A stretch of DNA of 64,000 bases from assembly GCA_016287565.1 (NCBI GenBank), contig JAEFAM010000002.1:7648-71647 (forward strand), written 5' to 3'. Made by a program: the position numbers and the translations under genes. Below the pieces are notes generated by a model. The model saw only the letters and a list, made by a program, of their open reading frames with translations. It did no database searches and had not been told where the DNA came from. The stretch is from Clostridia bacterium (lineage in GTDB: Bacteria > Bacillota > Clostridia > UBA1212 > UBA1255). Shown here one piece after another: positions 8,846 through 17,156 of the stretch (positions within the stretch are counted from its first letter, which is position 1; each line of letters opens with the position of its first letter).

Positions 8846-10507
8846 TTACCTGTTGATCATGAAAGCTCCCGCGGGGTTGCCCTCGCTGTTGGCCAGGTTG
8901 ATCTCCACGCCGAAGTAGTTCTCGGAAATGGCGTTGTAGGCCAGGCCCTTAAGTTCGTAAGAAGCTTTGACCTCGACCGTGTCCTTGCCGGTGATCTTGG
9001 CGGTGACTTCCTTCTTGTTGAGGGTGTCGTCCGCCACGAGGCCCAGGAAGCCCTTGACGCTGGAATCGCCGTCGATAGTCTTCAGCCCGTCGCCCACGTT
9101 CTTGAACTTCACGGTGGCGGTCTTGCCGTCGGAGCTGTAGGTGATGGATTCGATGATGGGGCCGGTGGCCTTTTCCATCGTCATGCCGCCTTCGCCGTTG
9201 ACCGCCATGGCGATCTTGGCGCCGCGGAGCGCCTGCTCGGCCTTGCAGTTGGGATGGAGGCTGTTCCAGTACGTCTTGTCCGCCCATACGTCGGAAGATA
9301 CGATCTGGTAGCTGTTGGGCAGCTTCGTGACGATCTCGCCCATCTTGGCCCTGATCTTGCCGATGTCCATGTAAGCCCACTGGGAAGCGCCGGTGGTGTT
9401 GGGATAGATGGAGGGGAACTCCACGAAATAAACCGCGAAGTCTTTATTGATGAGGTTGTGGGTGCCGCGCATGTAGTTCATAAGTTCGCAGAACGTCACC
9501 ACGTATTTGGCGGTGAGGGCCTCAGTGAAGTCGCTCTCGCCCTGGTACCAGATAATGCCGGCCATGGCCATGCGCTCGAAGGGGTACATATACTCGTTGT
9601 ACATATATCTGCCCGCGTCCGCGTTGACGCCGGAAGTGACGTAGTATTTCTTCTTGGAGTTGAAGGTGTCGGTCTTGCATTTCTCGGCCACTTCGTTGCT
9701 GACGAAAGCTCCGATGGGAAGGCCGTTGCCGTCGATCTCGATGACGCCTACGGGCACGCCGGTGGCTTTAACGTAATCGGCCGCGAACATATATCCGATG
9801 GCGGTGAAGGGATTGGCGACGGCGGTGGTGGCTTTTCTCCACTTGGAATTGTTGGCCACGTCCTTGTTCACGTCGGTGGTGCCTCTCTTGAGCTTGGTGG
9901 GAGCGCCGGCGGTGTTGTAGTGGAGCCTGATGGGAAGCTCCTTGTCGATGGTCTTCATGCCGTACTTTTCAGCGTCGTTTTTGTCAACGAACTGCCAGTG
10001 GTTGGCCATGCTGTACGCGCAGTTGGACTGGCCGATGCACATGTAAACGTCGCCCACGAGAATGTCTTCAAGGACAACTTCCTTGGTATCCGTGTAGATG
10101 CGCATGTTGTTGCCCGGTTCGGCGTTGGCAGCCAACTTCTTCTTGAAGGTCAGCACCCATTCTCCGTCAACTATCTCGGCTTCGGTGAACATGCCCATGA
10201 ACTCGCCGGAAACTTTTTTACCGTTCTCGCTCTCGTCTGCCCAGCCCCATACTCTGATGTGCTCTCCGCGCTGCACCACCATATCCTTGGTGAACGCCTT
10301 GGCAACGGTGAAGTCCGCGGCGTACTCCAGCGGCAGCGGATCGTCTATGCCTGTTTCGGGCACTTCCGTGGGAGCCTCTGTGGGTTCCTCGGTGGGTTCC
10401 GCAGGCTCGGTGTTCTTTGGCTCATCCGTATTGCCCGTGGAGCAGGCGGCAACGCCCAGCAGCATGGCGACGGCCAGCAGCATACTTAAGATCCTGATCT
10501 TTTTCAT
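8846..10507 (-). CDS. SASA/DUF303-family carbohydrate esterase (sialate-O-acetylesterase-like) lipoprotein
   Basis: Lipoprotein signal (LLGVAACS). GQSN block (CIGQSNCAYSM) and IIWYQGESD block typical of SGNH/SASA esterases. The start ATG overlaps the alr stop (ATGA). Confidence 0.65.
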   Translation of the reverse strand: MKKIRILSMLLAVAMLLGVAACSTGNTDEPKNTEPAEPTEEPTEAPTEVPETGIDDPLPLEYAADFTVAKAFTKDMVVQRGEHIRVWGWADESENGKKVSGEFMGMFTEAEIVDGEWVLTFKKKLAANAEPGNNMRIYTDTKEVVLEDILVGDVYMCIGQSNCAYSMANHWQFVDKNDAEKYGMKTIDKELPIRLHYNTAGAPTKLKRGTTDVNKDVANNSKWRKATTAVANPFTAIGYMFAADYVKATGVPVGVIEIDGNGLPIGAFVSNEVAEKCKTDTFNSKKKYYVTSGVNADAGRYMYNEYMYPFERMAMAGIIWYQGESDFTEALTAKYVVTFCELMNYMRGTHNLINKDFAVYFVEFPSIYPNTTGASQWAYMDIGKIRAKMGEIVTKLPNSYQIVSSDVWADKTYWNSLHPNCKAEQALRGAKIAMAVNGEGGMTMEKATGPIIESITYSSDGKTATVKFKNVGDGLKTIDGDSSVKGFLGLVADDTLNKKEVTAKITGKDTVEVKASYELKGLAYNAISENYFGVEINLANSEGNPAGAFMINR

Positions 10508-11724
10508 TGATTTCGACCTCCTAAAAACAGCAGAACGTTGGACACCTGTGCCTCCGCTCCGTCTTTTATAAACTTTCTGGGGATCCTTTTGCTTAATCCG
10601 CAGATTATTTCGTAATTTATGGTATTTTCCAGTTTCGCCAGTTCTTCGGGAGAAACGGCCTCGTCACCCTGGAAGCCGAAAAGCACCGCCTCGTCTCCGG
10701 CCTTTACGGTCTCGCCCCGGGCGGAAAGTTCCGTCACGTCCGCCAGGCACTGGTCCATGCACACCCGTCCGCGGATGGGCACCCTGGCGCCGTGGATCAG
10801 TATCTCCGCTCTGCCTCCCAGAGATCTGGAATAGCCGTCCGCGTATCCCACGGGCACGGTGGCGATCACCCTGGGCTCTTCGGTCATATAAGTGCAGCCG
10901 TAGCTCAGGAACGTTCCCGCAGGCACTTCCTTCACGGCGGTGATCTTCGCCTTAAAGGACATGGCGGGCCTCAGTTCGAATCCCGGATGCGCCGCCCGGA
11001 CTTCCTGACGGGACACTTCCGAAGGATACAGTCCGTACAATATTATCCCGGCCCTGACCGCGTCAAGATGCATCTCTGGGAACCTCAATATGGCGGCGCT
11101 GTTGGCCGCGTGCCTCAGGGGTATTTTAAGCCCCTTTGCCGCCAGCTCGTCGCACACCTTTGTAAATCCTTCGAACTGGCGCCTGGTATATCCCACGCCG
11201 CTGCCTTCGTCGGAAACAGCGAAGTGCGTGAATATGCCTTCTATTTCAAGATTCGGCAGGGCGGCAATCTCAAGTATGGTATCAACGGTGTCCGGGTCTT
11301 CGCTCCTGAATCCCACGCGGCCCATTCCGCTGTCGATCTTTATATGTACCTTCGCCTTTTTCCCTCGCCTTACCGCCGCGTCTGACACGCTTTTCGCCAT
11401 TTCGGAAGCGAATACGGTCTGAGTTACGGAATAGTCGATCAGTTCCTCCGCCCTTTCCGGCTCCGCGTCGCTTAAGATGAGTATGGGCGCTTCGATCCCG
11501 GCCAGACGGAGCTGCAGCGCCTCGTCGATCTGGGAGACCGCCAGCATGTCGATGCCGTTGTCCAGCAGGCACGCGGCAACTTCCGGCGCCCCGTGGCCGT
11601 AGGCGTCTGCTTTTACTACGCCTATGACGGCGGCTCCGGGGGCGGTGACCCTCCGAACCTCTTTTGCGTTGTGCGCTATGGCGTCAAGATCGATCTCGGC
11701 CCAGGCTCTCGTGTTGTCCAGCAT
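10504..11724 (-). CDS. alr: Alanine racemase
   Basis: PLP-lysine motif VVKADAYGHG, and the overall N-terminal barrel plus C-terminal domain pattern. Confidence 0.85.
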   Translation of the reverse strand: MLDNTRAWAEIDLDAIAHNAKEVRRVTAPGAAVIGVVKADAYGHGAPEVAACLLDNGIDMLAVSQIDEALQLRLAGIEAPILILSDAEPERAEELIDYSVTQTVFASEMAKSVSDAAVRRGKKAKVHIKIDSGMGRVGFRSEDPDTVDTILEIAALPNLEIEGIFTHFAVSDEGSGVGYTRRQFEGFTKVCDELAAKGLKIPLRHAANSAAILRFPEMHLDAVRAGIILYGLYPSEVSRQEVRAAHPGFELRPAMSFKAKITAVKEVPAGTFLSYGCTYMTEEPRVIATVPVGYADGYSRSLGGRAEILIHGARVPIRGRVCMDQCLADVTELSARGETVKAGDEAVLFGFQGDEAVSPEELAKLENTINYEIICGLSKRIPRKFIKDGAEAQVSNVLLFLGGRNQ

Positions 11725-12643
11725 ATCTCTTCAGTTCTCCCAATCCCTTTATAAGGTCGGATGCGGCAATATACCGTTCTCCGTATCTGGCTGCCATTAT
11801 ATCTCCCGAAAGTCCGTGGAGCGCCGCCGCGTATCTCGCCGCGGTCAACGGGTCCTTCGCGCTCACCGATATCGCCCCGGTCATCCCGGACAATACGTCT
11901 CCGCTTCCTCCCGTGCCCATCCCCGGATTTCCGGTGGTGTTCTCGTAAATCTCGTATTTCCCGCCGCTTCGTCCGGCGATCAGCGTCCCGTGCCCTTTCA
12001 GCACCGCCGCGCCTCCGTGAGCGGTCTCCGCCAGCTCCCGGGCGCATTCTTCGCGGTTCTCGTGTACGTATTCCCGCGTCTTCCCCAGCAGCCTGGCGGC
12101 TTCTCCTTCGTGGGGCGTTACGATTAGGCGCCCTTCCAGCTTTTCGGCCGCGGCTCTCAGCAGTTCCGGCTTCCCGGCGAAAGGATACAGCCCGTCCGCG
12201 TCCAGCACCACCGCTTTAGCCCTTTTTCCGAAGTCCTCCTCCAGAAGGAGCTTTTTTACGAATTCTGTCGTGGCCTCGGCTCTGCCCAGTCCCGGCCCGA
12301 TCACGATCGCGTCCGCATCCGCGCACACGCGCGCCAGGGCCTCCGCGTCTTCTGCCGTGAAATGATGCCTGTCCGGGTCTCCCGCCGGGATCTTTACAGC
12401 TTCCGGAAGGTTGGCTTCCAGCGCCGCCAGGCAGCCTCCCGGCACTATGGAATATACAAGCCCCGCGCCGGAACGTATTGCCGCCGAAGCGCACAATACC
12501 GCCGCTCCCGTCATCCCGTAGTTCCCGGCGATCACCGCCACTTTTCCGTTGGCGAACTTGTCCGCCTCACTCGGAAGAGGTGCTGTGAAAAATTCCAGCG
12601 CTTCCGCCACAAACGATTCAGTCATTTTCAAGTCGCTTCTCAT
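11684..12643 (-). CDS. nnrD: ADP-dependent NAD(P)H-hydrate dehydratase (YjeF C-terminal domain)
   Basis: GKVAVIAGN...GPGLG...GTGGSGDVLSG carbohydrate-kinase-like motifs of Nnr. The 3' end overlaps the alr start by 41 nt. Confidence 0.75.
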   Translation of the reverse strand: MRSDLKMTESFVAEALEFFTAPLPSEADKFANGKVAVIAGNYGMTGAAVLCASAAIRSGAGLVYSIVPGGCLAALEANLPEAVKIPAGDPDRHHFTAEDAEALARVCADADAIVIGPGLGRAEATTEFVKKLLLEEDFGKRAKAVVLDADGLYPFAGKPELLRAAAEKLEGRLIVTPHEGEAARLLGKTREYVHENREECARELAETAHGGAAVLKGHGTLIAGRSGGKYEIYENTTGNPGMGTGGSGDVLSGMTGAISVSAKDPLTAARYAAALHGLSGDIMAARYGERYIAASDLIKGLGELKRYAGQHESLGRDRS

Positions 12644-12673
12644 TGGTCTCCCGGTCGTTGCCCCTGCCGCCGC

Positions 12674-13507
12674 TCAGTCCGTTTTGAAGTTTTTGTCGCG
12701 GTTCTTAAAATGCTTCACAATCATTTCCACTATCCCGCTTAAGACGGACAACGCAGCCAGCGCGATGATGACTATCATGATCACGCCGCCAGCGGAAGAA
12801 GTGTTGTTCTTGCCCTCTCCCTCCGGAACTTCGAACTTGATGACGTTGCCGTTGTACGTGGGCACCGGCGTGGCGTTCGGATCCCGCGTGACCTCCGGCG
12901 TCCCGGTCGCATCTGCGTCTTCCGTCGCTTCAGGGTCGATTTCGCCCTTCTCTTCCGGGTCGATCGCGCCCGCTTCTTCCGGGTCAATCGCGCCCGTCGC
13001 TTCCGGGTCCATCGCGCCCGTCTCTTCCAGGTCCATCGCACCCGTCGCTTCCGCCAGATCCGTCAATACGGTCTCCGCCTGCCCCGCCGCATCGAGCGCG
13101 GCAACGTCCGCCATCTCCGCCTCAGCGAGCATGGCAACGTCCGCCTTCTCCGCCTGCTCAGCCTCAGAGAGTGGGGCAACGTCCGCCTTCTCCGCCTCAG
13201 CGAGCATGGCAACGTCCGCCTTCTCCGCCTGCTCAGCCTCAGAGAGTGGGGCAACGTCCGCTATCTCCGCCTGCTCTGCCGCAGAGAGTGGGGCAACGTC
13301 CGCTATCTCCGCCTGCGGGATCTCGCCGGCCTCGGCAAATACAGGCGCGTGAGCGGCGGCGAGGCACAGCACGGCAATGACGATCAGCGCGGCAATAAAT
13401 GCCGCTTTCCTGCTGCCGCAATTTGCTGTTTTCCCGAACCAGCGGTGTTTCATAACAGGCACACACCCCCACGGTGGTATTGTACCATCGAAGGCGTTTT
13501 TTGGCAA
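12674..13507 (-). CDS. Secreted/membrane-anchored acidic tandem-repeat protein
   Basis: Signal-like hydrophobic segment (likely start MKHRWFGK at 13453). Repeats ADVAPLSEAEQAEK/ADVAMLAEAE and a C-terminal TM anchor. The repeats are also visible at the DNA level. Confidence 0.55.
   Translation of the reverse strand: MPKNAFDGTIPPWGCVPVMKHRWFGKTANCGSRKAAFIAALIVIAVLCLAAAHAPVFAEAGEIPQAEIADVAPLSAAEQAEIADVAPLSEAEQAEKADVAMLAEAEKADVAPLSEAEQAEKADVAMLAEAEMADVAALDAAGQAETVLTDLAEATGAMDLEETGAMDPEATGAIDPEEAGAIDPEEKGEIDPEATEDADATGTPEVTRDPNATPVPTYNGNVIKFEVPEGEGKNNTSSAGGVIMIVIIALAALSVLSGIVEMIVKHFKNRDKNFKTD
13100..13320. repeat. In-gene tandem DNA repeats (33 plus 42 bp compound unit) that encode the acidic peptide repeats
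   Basis: GCAACGTCCGCCTTCTCCGCCTCAGCGAGCATG alternating with GCAACGTCCGCCTTCTCCGCCTGCTCAGCCTCAGAGAGTGGG. Confidence 0.7.
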
Positions 13508-13539
13508 GGATAAACAGACGAAGAACGGACGGAATTCCT

Positions 13540-13815
13540 CTGTGCAAAGTGATCTTCGCCTGCGGCGAGTGATCTTCGGCCTGACGGCCGAGTGATATTG
13601 CGCGGGGCGCAGTGATATTCGCCATACGGCGAGTGGTGTTGCGCGGCGCGAGCAGCTAAATTCGACTTCGTCGAGCGAAATTGAACCCTGACTGTTTAGC
13701 GGGGCTTTTCAGGGTTCAGCTAAATGCGACTTCGTCGCGCTAAATTCGTGCTGTCACACGAGCTAAATTCCGCATTGCGAGCAGTGAAATTCGACTTCGT
13801 CGAGGAAAATTGATC
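13540..13815. repeat. Array of mini-hairpins separated by the conserved octamer GTGATATT/GCTAAATT (top-strand orientation)
   Basis: About 12 units of roughly 20 nt. Each is an 11-16 nt palindrome (for example CGCCTGCGGCG, TGCGCGGGGCGCA, CGACTTCGTCG) followed by GTGATCTT, GTGATATT, GCTAAATT or GTGAAATT. Confidence 0.8.
13681..13719. repeat. Conserved hairpin class 2 (TTGAACCCTGA-loop-TCAGGGTTCAG) followed by CTAAAT
   Basis: 10-bp stem with a 19-nt loop. The same stem with a different loop occurs at 21208..21245. Confidence 0.7.
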
Positions 13816-13885
13816 TTCGGTCGGAGGGATTGATCTCTTCCTTCGCTCATACCAAAGGCCTTGCTCTGTCTCCGAGAGGCAGATG

Positions 13886-14142
13886 AACGAAAAACGCCCA
13901 CATTTTACCGCTCCTTTCAAATTTCTGGGCGTTTTGAAGAAGGACGCTCTGTCTATTAGCTTTAAACGAGCGGAAAACGCCCACATTTTACCGTTTCTTT
14001 CGAATTTCCGGGCGTTTTGAAGAAGGTGGCGCTGCCTCTGAAGCTTGAAATGAGCGAGAAACGCCCACATTTTACCGTTTCTTTCGAATTTCTGGGCGTT
14101 TTGAAGAAGGTGGCGCTGCCTCTGAGCTTGAAACGAGCGATA
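13886..14142. repeat. Three tandem copies of an 83-bp unit, each with a 9-bp-stem hairpin AAACGCCCA-25 nt-TGGGCGTTT
   Basis: Unit starts at 13892, 13975 and 14058, nearly identical. The track ORF 13720..14190(-) is a translation artefact of this repeat. Confidence 0.8.
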
Positions 14143-14189
14143 ATATAGCTGGACCCTGACGTGCTCGAGCAAAAAGCCGGAAGGGTCCA

Positions 14190-14644
14190 ATTTAGCCGAA
14201 GCAGCAGGCTTCGATTTAGCTGTGAGCGCCAGCGAACAATTTAACTGAAGGCCGCAGGTTCCATTGTCTCTGAAAGCCTGCGGTCTTCAGTTTCACTCGC
14301 GCGCCAGCGCGAATTTAGCTCGGCCGTCAGGCCGAATTTAACTGCCGCAAAGAGGCAATTTAGCTTGACGAAGTCGAATTTAGCTGCTCGCCTCGCAAGC
14401 AATTTCGCTCGCGCGTCAGCGCGAACATCACTCCGCGAAGCGGAATATCACTTGCCCGCAGGGCAAATATCACTCGCGCGCCAGCGCGAATTTAGCTCGG
14501 CCGTCAGGCCGAATATCCCTCGCCGCAGGCGAATATCACTCGGCTCCAGTCTGACGTCAGGCCGAATATCCCTCGCCGCAGGCGAATATCACTCGGCTCC
14601 AGTCTGACGTCAGGCCGAATATCACCGCGGCTCCCACCTGCTCC
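14190..14644. repeat. Array of mini-hairpins with octamers AATTTAGC/AATATCAC (opposite orientation to 13540..13815), ending in 2.5 copies of a 59-bp unit
   Basis: Units such as CTCGCGCGCCAGCGCG-AATTTAGCT, CGGCCGTCAGGCCG-AATATCCCT and CGCCGCAGGCG-AATATCACT. The 59-bp unit contains the palindrome CTGACGTCAG. The array abuts the GH3 stop codon. Confidence 0.8.
14247..14288. repeat. Conserved hairpin class 1 (GAARRCCGCAGGYT-CCATTGTCTCTGAAA-AGCCTGCGGYYTTC)
   Basis: 14-bp stem. The loop is identical to the copy at 26787..26828 and differs by one nucleotide (CCATTGTCACTGAAA) from the copy at 24584..24625. Stem differences between copies are compensatory. Confidence 0.8.
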
Positions 14645-17152
14645 TCAGGCCGCGTTCTTCGTCAGGTGCTCGAACTCCTTCCTCGGCACGCAGCGGGGTT
14701 CGACGTCGTCGGTAACGGTCAGCACTTCTCTGTTGACGCTGGCGCTGTCCGCAAAAGAGCCACAGGCATTGCCCACGTAAAACACGTACTCGCCCTCCGG
14801 AACGATATACCGGCTGTTGTCCTTGTCGTAGGCCCGAAGCTGCTCCTCGGTCACCGTGACGGTAACCGTCTGAGACTTGCCTGCCTTCAAAGTCTTGGTC
14901 TTGGCGAAGCCGCAGAGCTCGTAGGCGGCCATTTCGAGAGTGCCTTCGGGCTTGGAAACGTAAAACTCCACAACTTCACGGCCCGCGGCCTTGCCCGTAT
15001 TCTTGACCGTGACCTTCAGCTCGTAGGTGCCGTCGCCGTTGTCCTTCACGGAAAAACCGCTGTAGGAGAAGGTGGTGTAGGAAAGGCCGTAGCCGAAGGG
15101 GTACGCGGTCCCGACTTCGAAGGTGGAATAGTACCTGTATCCCACGTAAATGTCCTCGTAGTAGATCACTTTGGAGGAATTGCCCGGGAAATGGCGGAAC
15201 GCGGGAGTGCTCTCGTAGGTCAACGGCCAGGTGATGACGGTCTTGCCGGAGGGATTCACTTTTCCGGACAACACGTCTGCCACCGCTTCTCCGGCTCTTT
15301 CGCCGGGATAGCCGCACCATAGTATGGCGTCGACCGAGTCGCGCCAGGAGATCACTTCTATGGGGTTGCCGGTGTTCAGAACGACGATCACTTTCTTGCC
15401 CGCGGCGTGGAAGGCCTCGGAAGCGTTCCGGATCATCTCTTCCTCGCGTTCATTCAGCAAAAAGCCGCCTTCCTTTTCGGTATTGTCCGCGCCTTCCATA
15501 GAGATGCGGGAGATGACTATCACGGCGGCTCCTGCGCCCTGGGCGCATTCTTCGGCATATTCCCTGCTGACCTGCACGTCTTTGGTGGGATCGGTCTCGG
15601 AATGGGCTTCGCACCAGTTGAAAATGTTGAACGCCTTGTCGTATACGGAAAGGCCGGAAGCCGCGTCGATGCCGTCGATGATGTTGACCGTCTCCACCGG
15701 GTTGACGCCTCCGGAACCTGCTCCGCCGTAGAACGTGCTGAATGCGCCGTTTCCGAATGCCGCCACCACCGTGCCGGACTTCAGAGGCAGCGCAGAACCC
15801 TCGTTCTTAAAGAGCACCATAGTCTCGGCGGCAACTTTTCTGGAGATCTTGGAATGACCGGCGTGATCCACCTCGTGGTTCATCTTGACCCCGTTGTAGG
15901 TGGGAGACGCCAATATAGTGTTCAATATGTGCTCGGCGCACCGGTCAAGCGCCTCCAGATCAACGTTGCCCTCCGAAAGGGCCTCGAGCATCTGCTGCAT
16001 CTCTCCGTAAGATCCCGGCATATCCAGGTCGTTGCCGGCTTTTACCTTATCGGGGATGCTTCCCGCGGCGCCCCAGTCGGACATGACCACTTTCCGGAAG
16101 CCCCATTCGTCGCGCAAAATGCCCGTGAGCAGGTCTTTGGTGATGGAAGTGTGGTTGCCGTTCAGGCAGTTGTACGAAGACATCACTGCCATGGGATCGT
16201 CGTTTTTGACAACGTATTCGAACCCTCTCAGGTATATCTCCCGGAGCGCTCTTTCGGTGACTTCGGAACTGACGGTACCGCGCCAGGTCTCCTGGTTGTT
16301 GACGCAGAAATGCTTGAGGCACGCTCCTGCGCCGGTGGACTGGAGGCCGCGCACGTAGCCTGAGGCGGCAAGCGCGGTGACAAGCGGATCTTCTGAGAAA
16401 TATTCGAAATTCCTGCCTCCCAGCACGTTTTTATGTATGTTCATACCGGGGCCCAGCACGATGTCGATGCCCTGGGCCAGCGAGTCCTCTCCGATGGCCT
16501 TGCCCACTTCATATATGCGGTCCGTGTCCCAGGATGAGGCGAGGTTCATCATCGACGGGTACCAGACGGCATAGCCGTACCGGACACCCGCGGGGCCGTC
16601 GTTGACAGTAATGGTGGGGATGCCGTAGTGATCCAGAGAGAAGGTGCCTCCGGAGGATCCCGGTTTGGCCGGATTGGGTTCACCCATCACCAGATTCGCT
16701 TTTTCCCTGGCGGACATGGCGTGTACGACGCATTTCACTCCGTCATGGGTCAATTGCGGCAGCCTGTCTATAAGTTTCAACTCCGCTCTGCCGTATTCCT
16801 TTCCCTCCAGCGTGTACGAAACGAGCACCGTCAATTCGTCCCAGAGCCTTCCGGGGGAGCATTCCAGCCGCACTTCCTCGGGCGTTTCAGGCAGGTGGTC
16901 TATCTCCGCCCGGTCGATCTCCCCTTTCACGTCAGTAAGAGTCACCGTAACTATGCCGCCCGCGATCTCCTCGGAAGCCACCGATCCGCTCAATTTAAGC
17001 GTGACTGCTCCGTCGGCGGCAGTCATCTCCCATGCGGTGATGGAGGCCCTGGGCCCGTTGTCCTCTTTAGGGCGGCAGGCGCAGAACAGCGCGGCGGCAA
17101 GGACCACCGACCACACCAATAAAAGCGATCTTAACAAAACGGTTCTTTTCAC
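14645..17152 (-). CDS. Glycoside hydrolase family 3 (beta-glucosidase/beta-xylosidase-like), secreted lipoprotein
   Basis: GH3 N-domain motifs KHFCVNNQETWR and VMSDWGA (catalytic Asp), then GH3 C-domain and Fn3-like tail. Signal peptide with Cys (LFCAC). Confidence 0.8.
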   Translation of the reverse strand: MKRTVLLRSLLLVWSVVLAAALFCACRPKEDNGPRASITAWEMTAADGAVTLKLSGSVASEEIAGGIVTVTLTDVKGEIDRAEIDHLPETPEEVRLECSPGRLWDELTVLVSYTLEGKEYGRAELKLIDRLPQLTHDGVKCVVHAMSAREKANLVMGEPNPAKPGSSGGTFSLDHYGIPTITVNDGPAGVRYGYAVWYPSMMNLASSWDTDRIYEVGKAIGEDSLAQGIDIVLGPGMNIHKNVLGGRNFEYFSEDPLVTALAASGYVRGLQSTGAGACLKHFCVNNQETWRGTVSSEVTERALREIYLRGFEYVVKNDDPMAVMSSYNCLNGNHTSITKDLLTGILRDEWGFRKVVMSDWGAAGSIPDKVKAGNDLDMPGSYGEMQQMLEALSEGNVDLEALDRCAEHILNTILASPTYNGVKMNHEVDHAGHSKISRKVAAETMVLFKNEGSALPLKSGTVVAAFGNGAFSTFYGGAGSGGVNPVETVNIIDGIDAASGLSVYDKAFNIFNWCEAHSETDPTKDVQVSREYAEECAQGAGAAVIVISRISMEGADNTEKEGGFLLNEREEEMIRNASEAFHAAGKKVIVVLNTGNPIEVISWRDSVDAILWCGYPGERAGEAVADVLSGKVNPSGKTVITWPLTYESTPAFRHFPGNSSKVIYYEDIYVGYRYYSTFEVGTAYPFGYGLSYTTFSYSGFSVKDNGDGTYELKVTVKNTGKAAGREVVEFYVSKPEGTLEMAAYELCGFAKTKTLKAGKSQTVTVTVTEEQLRAYDKDNSRYIVPEGEYVFYVGNACGSFADSASVNREVLTVTDDVEPRCVPRKEFEHLTKNAA

Positions 17153-17156
17153 TTTA

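Noticed and set aside
13720-14190. ORF 13720..14190 (-) of 156 aa
   Set aside because: It is a translation of the 83-bp tandem repeat; the peptide repeats with the DNA period. Not coding.
13540-14644. CRISPR array interpretation of the hairpin/octamer arrays
   Set aside because: The conserved element is only 8 nt and the variable elements are short palindromes. The period is about 20 nt rather than 55-75, and no cas genes or leader are present. In a CRISPR array the repeat is conserved and the spacers are non-palindromic.
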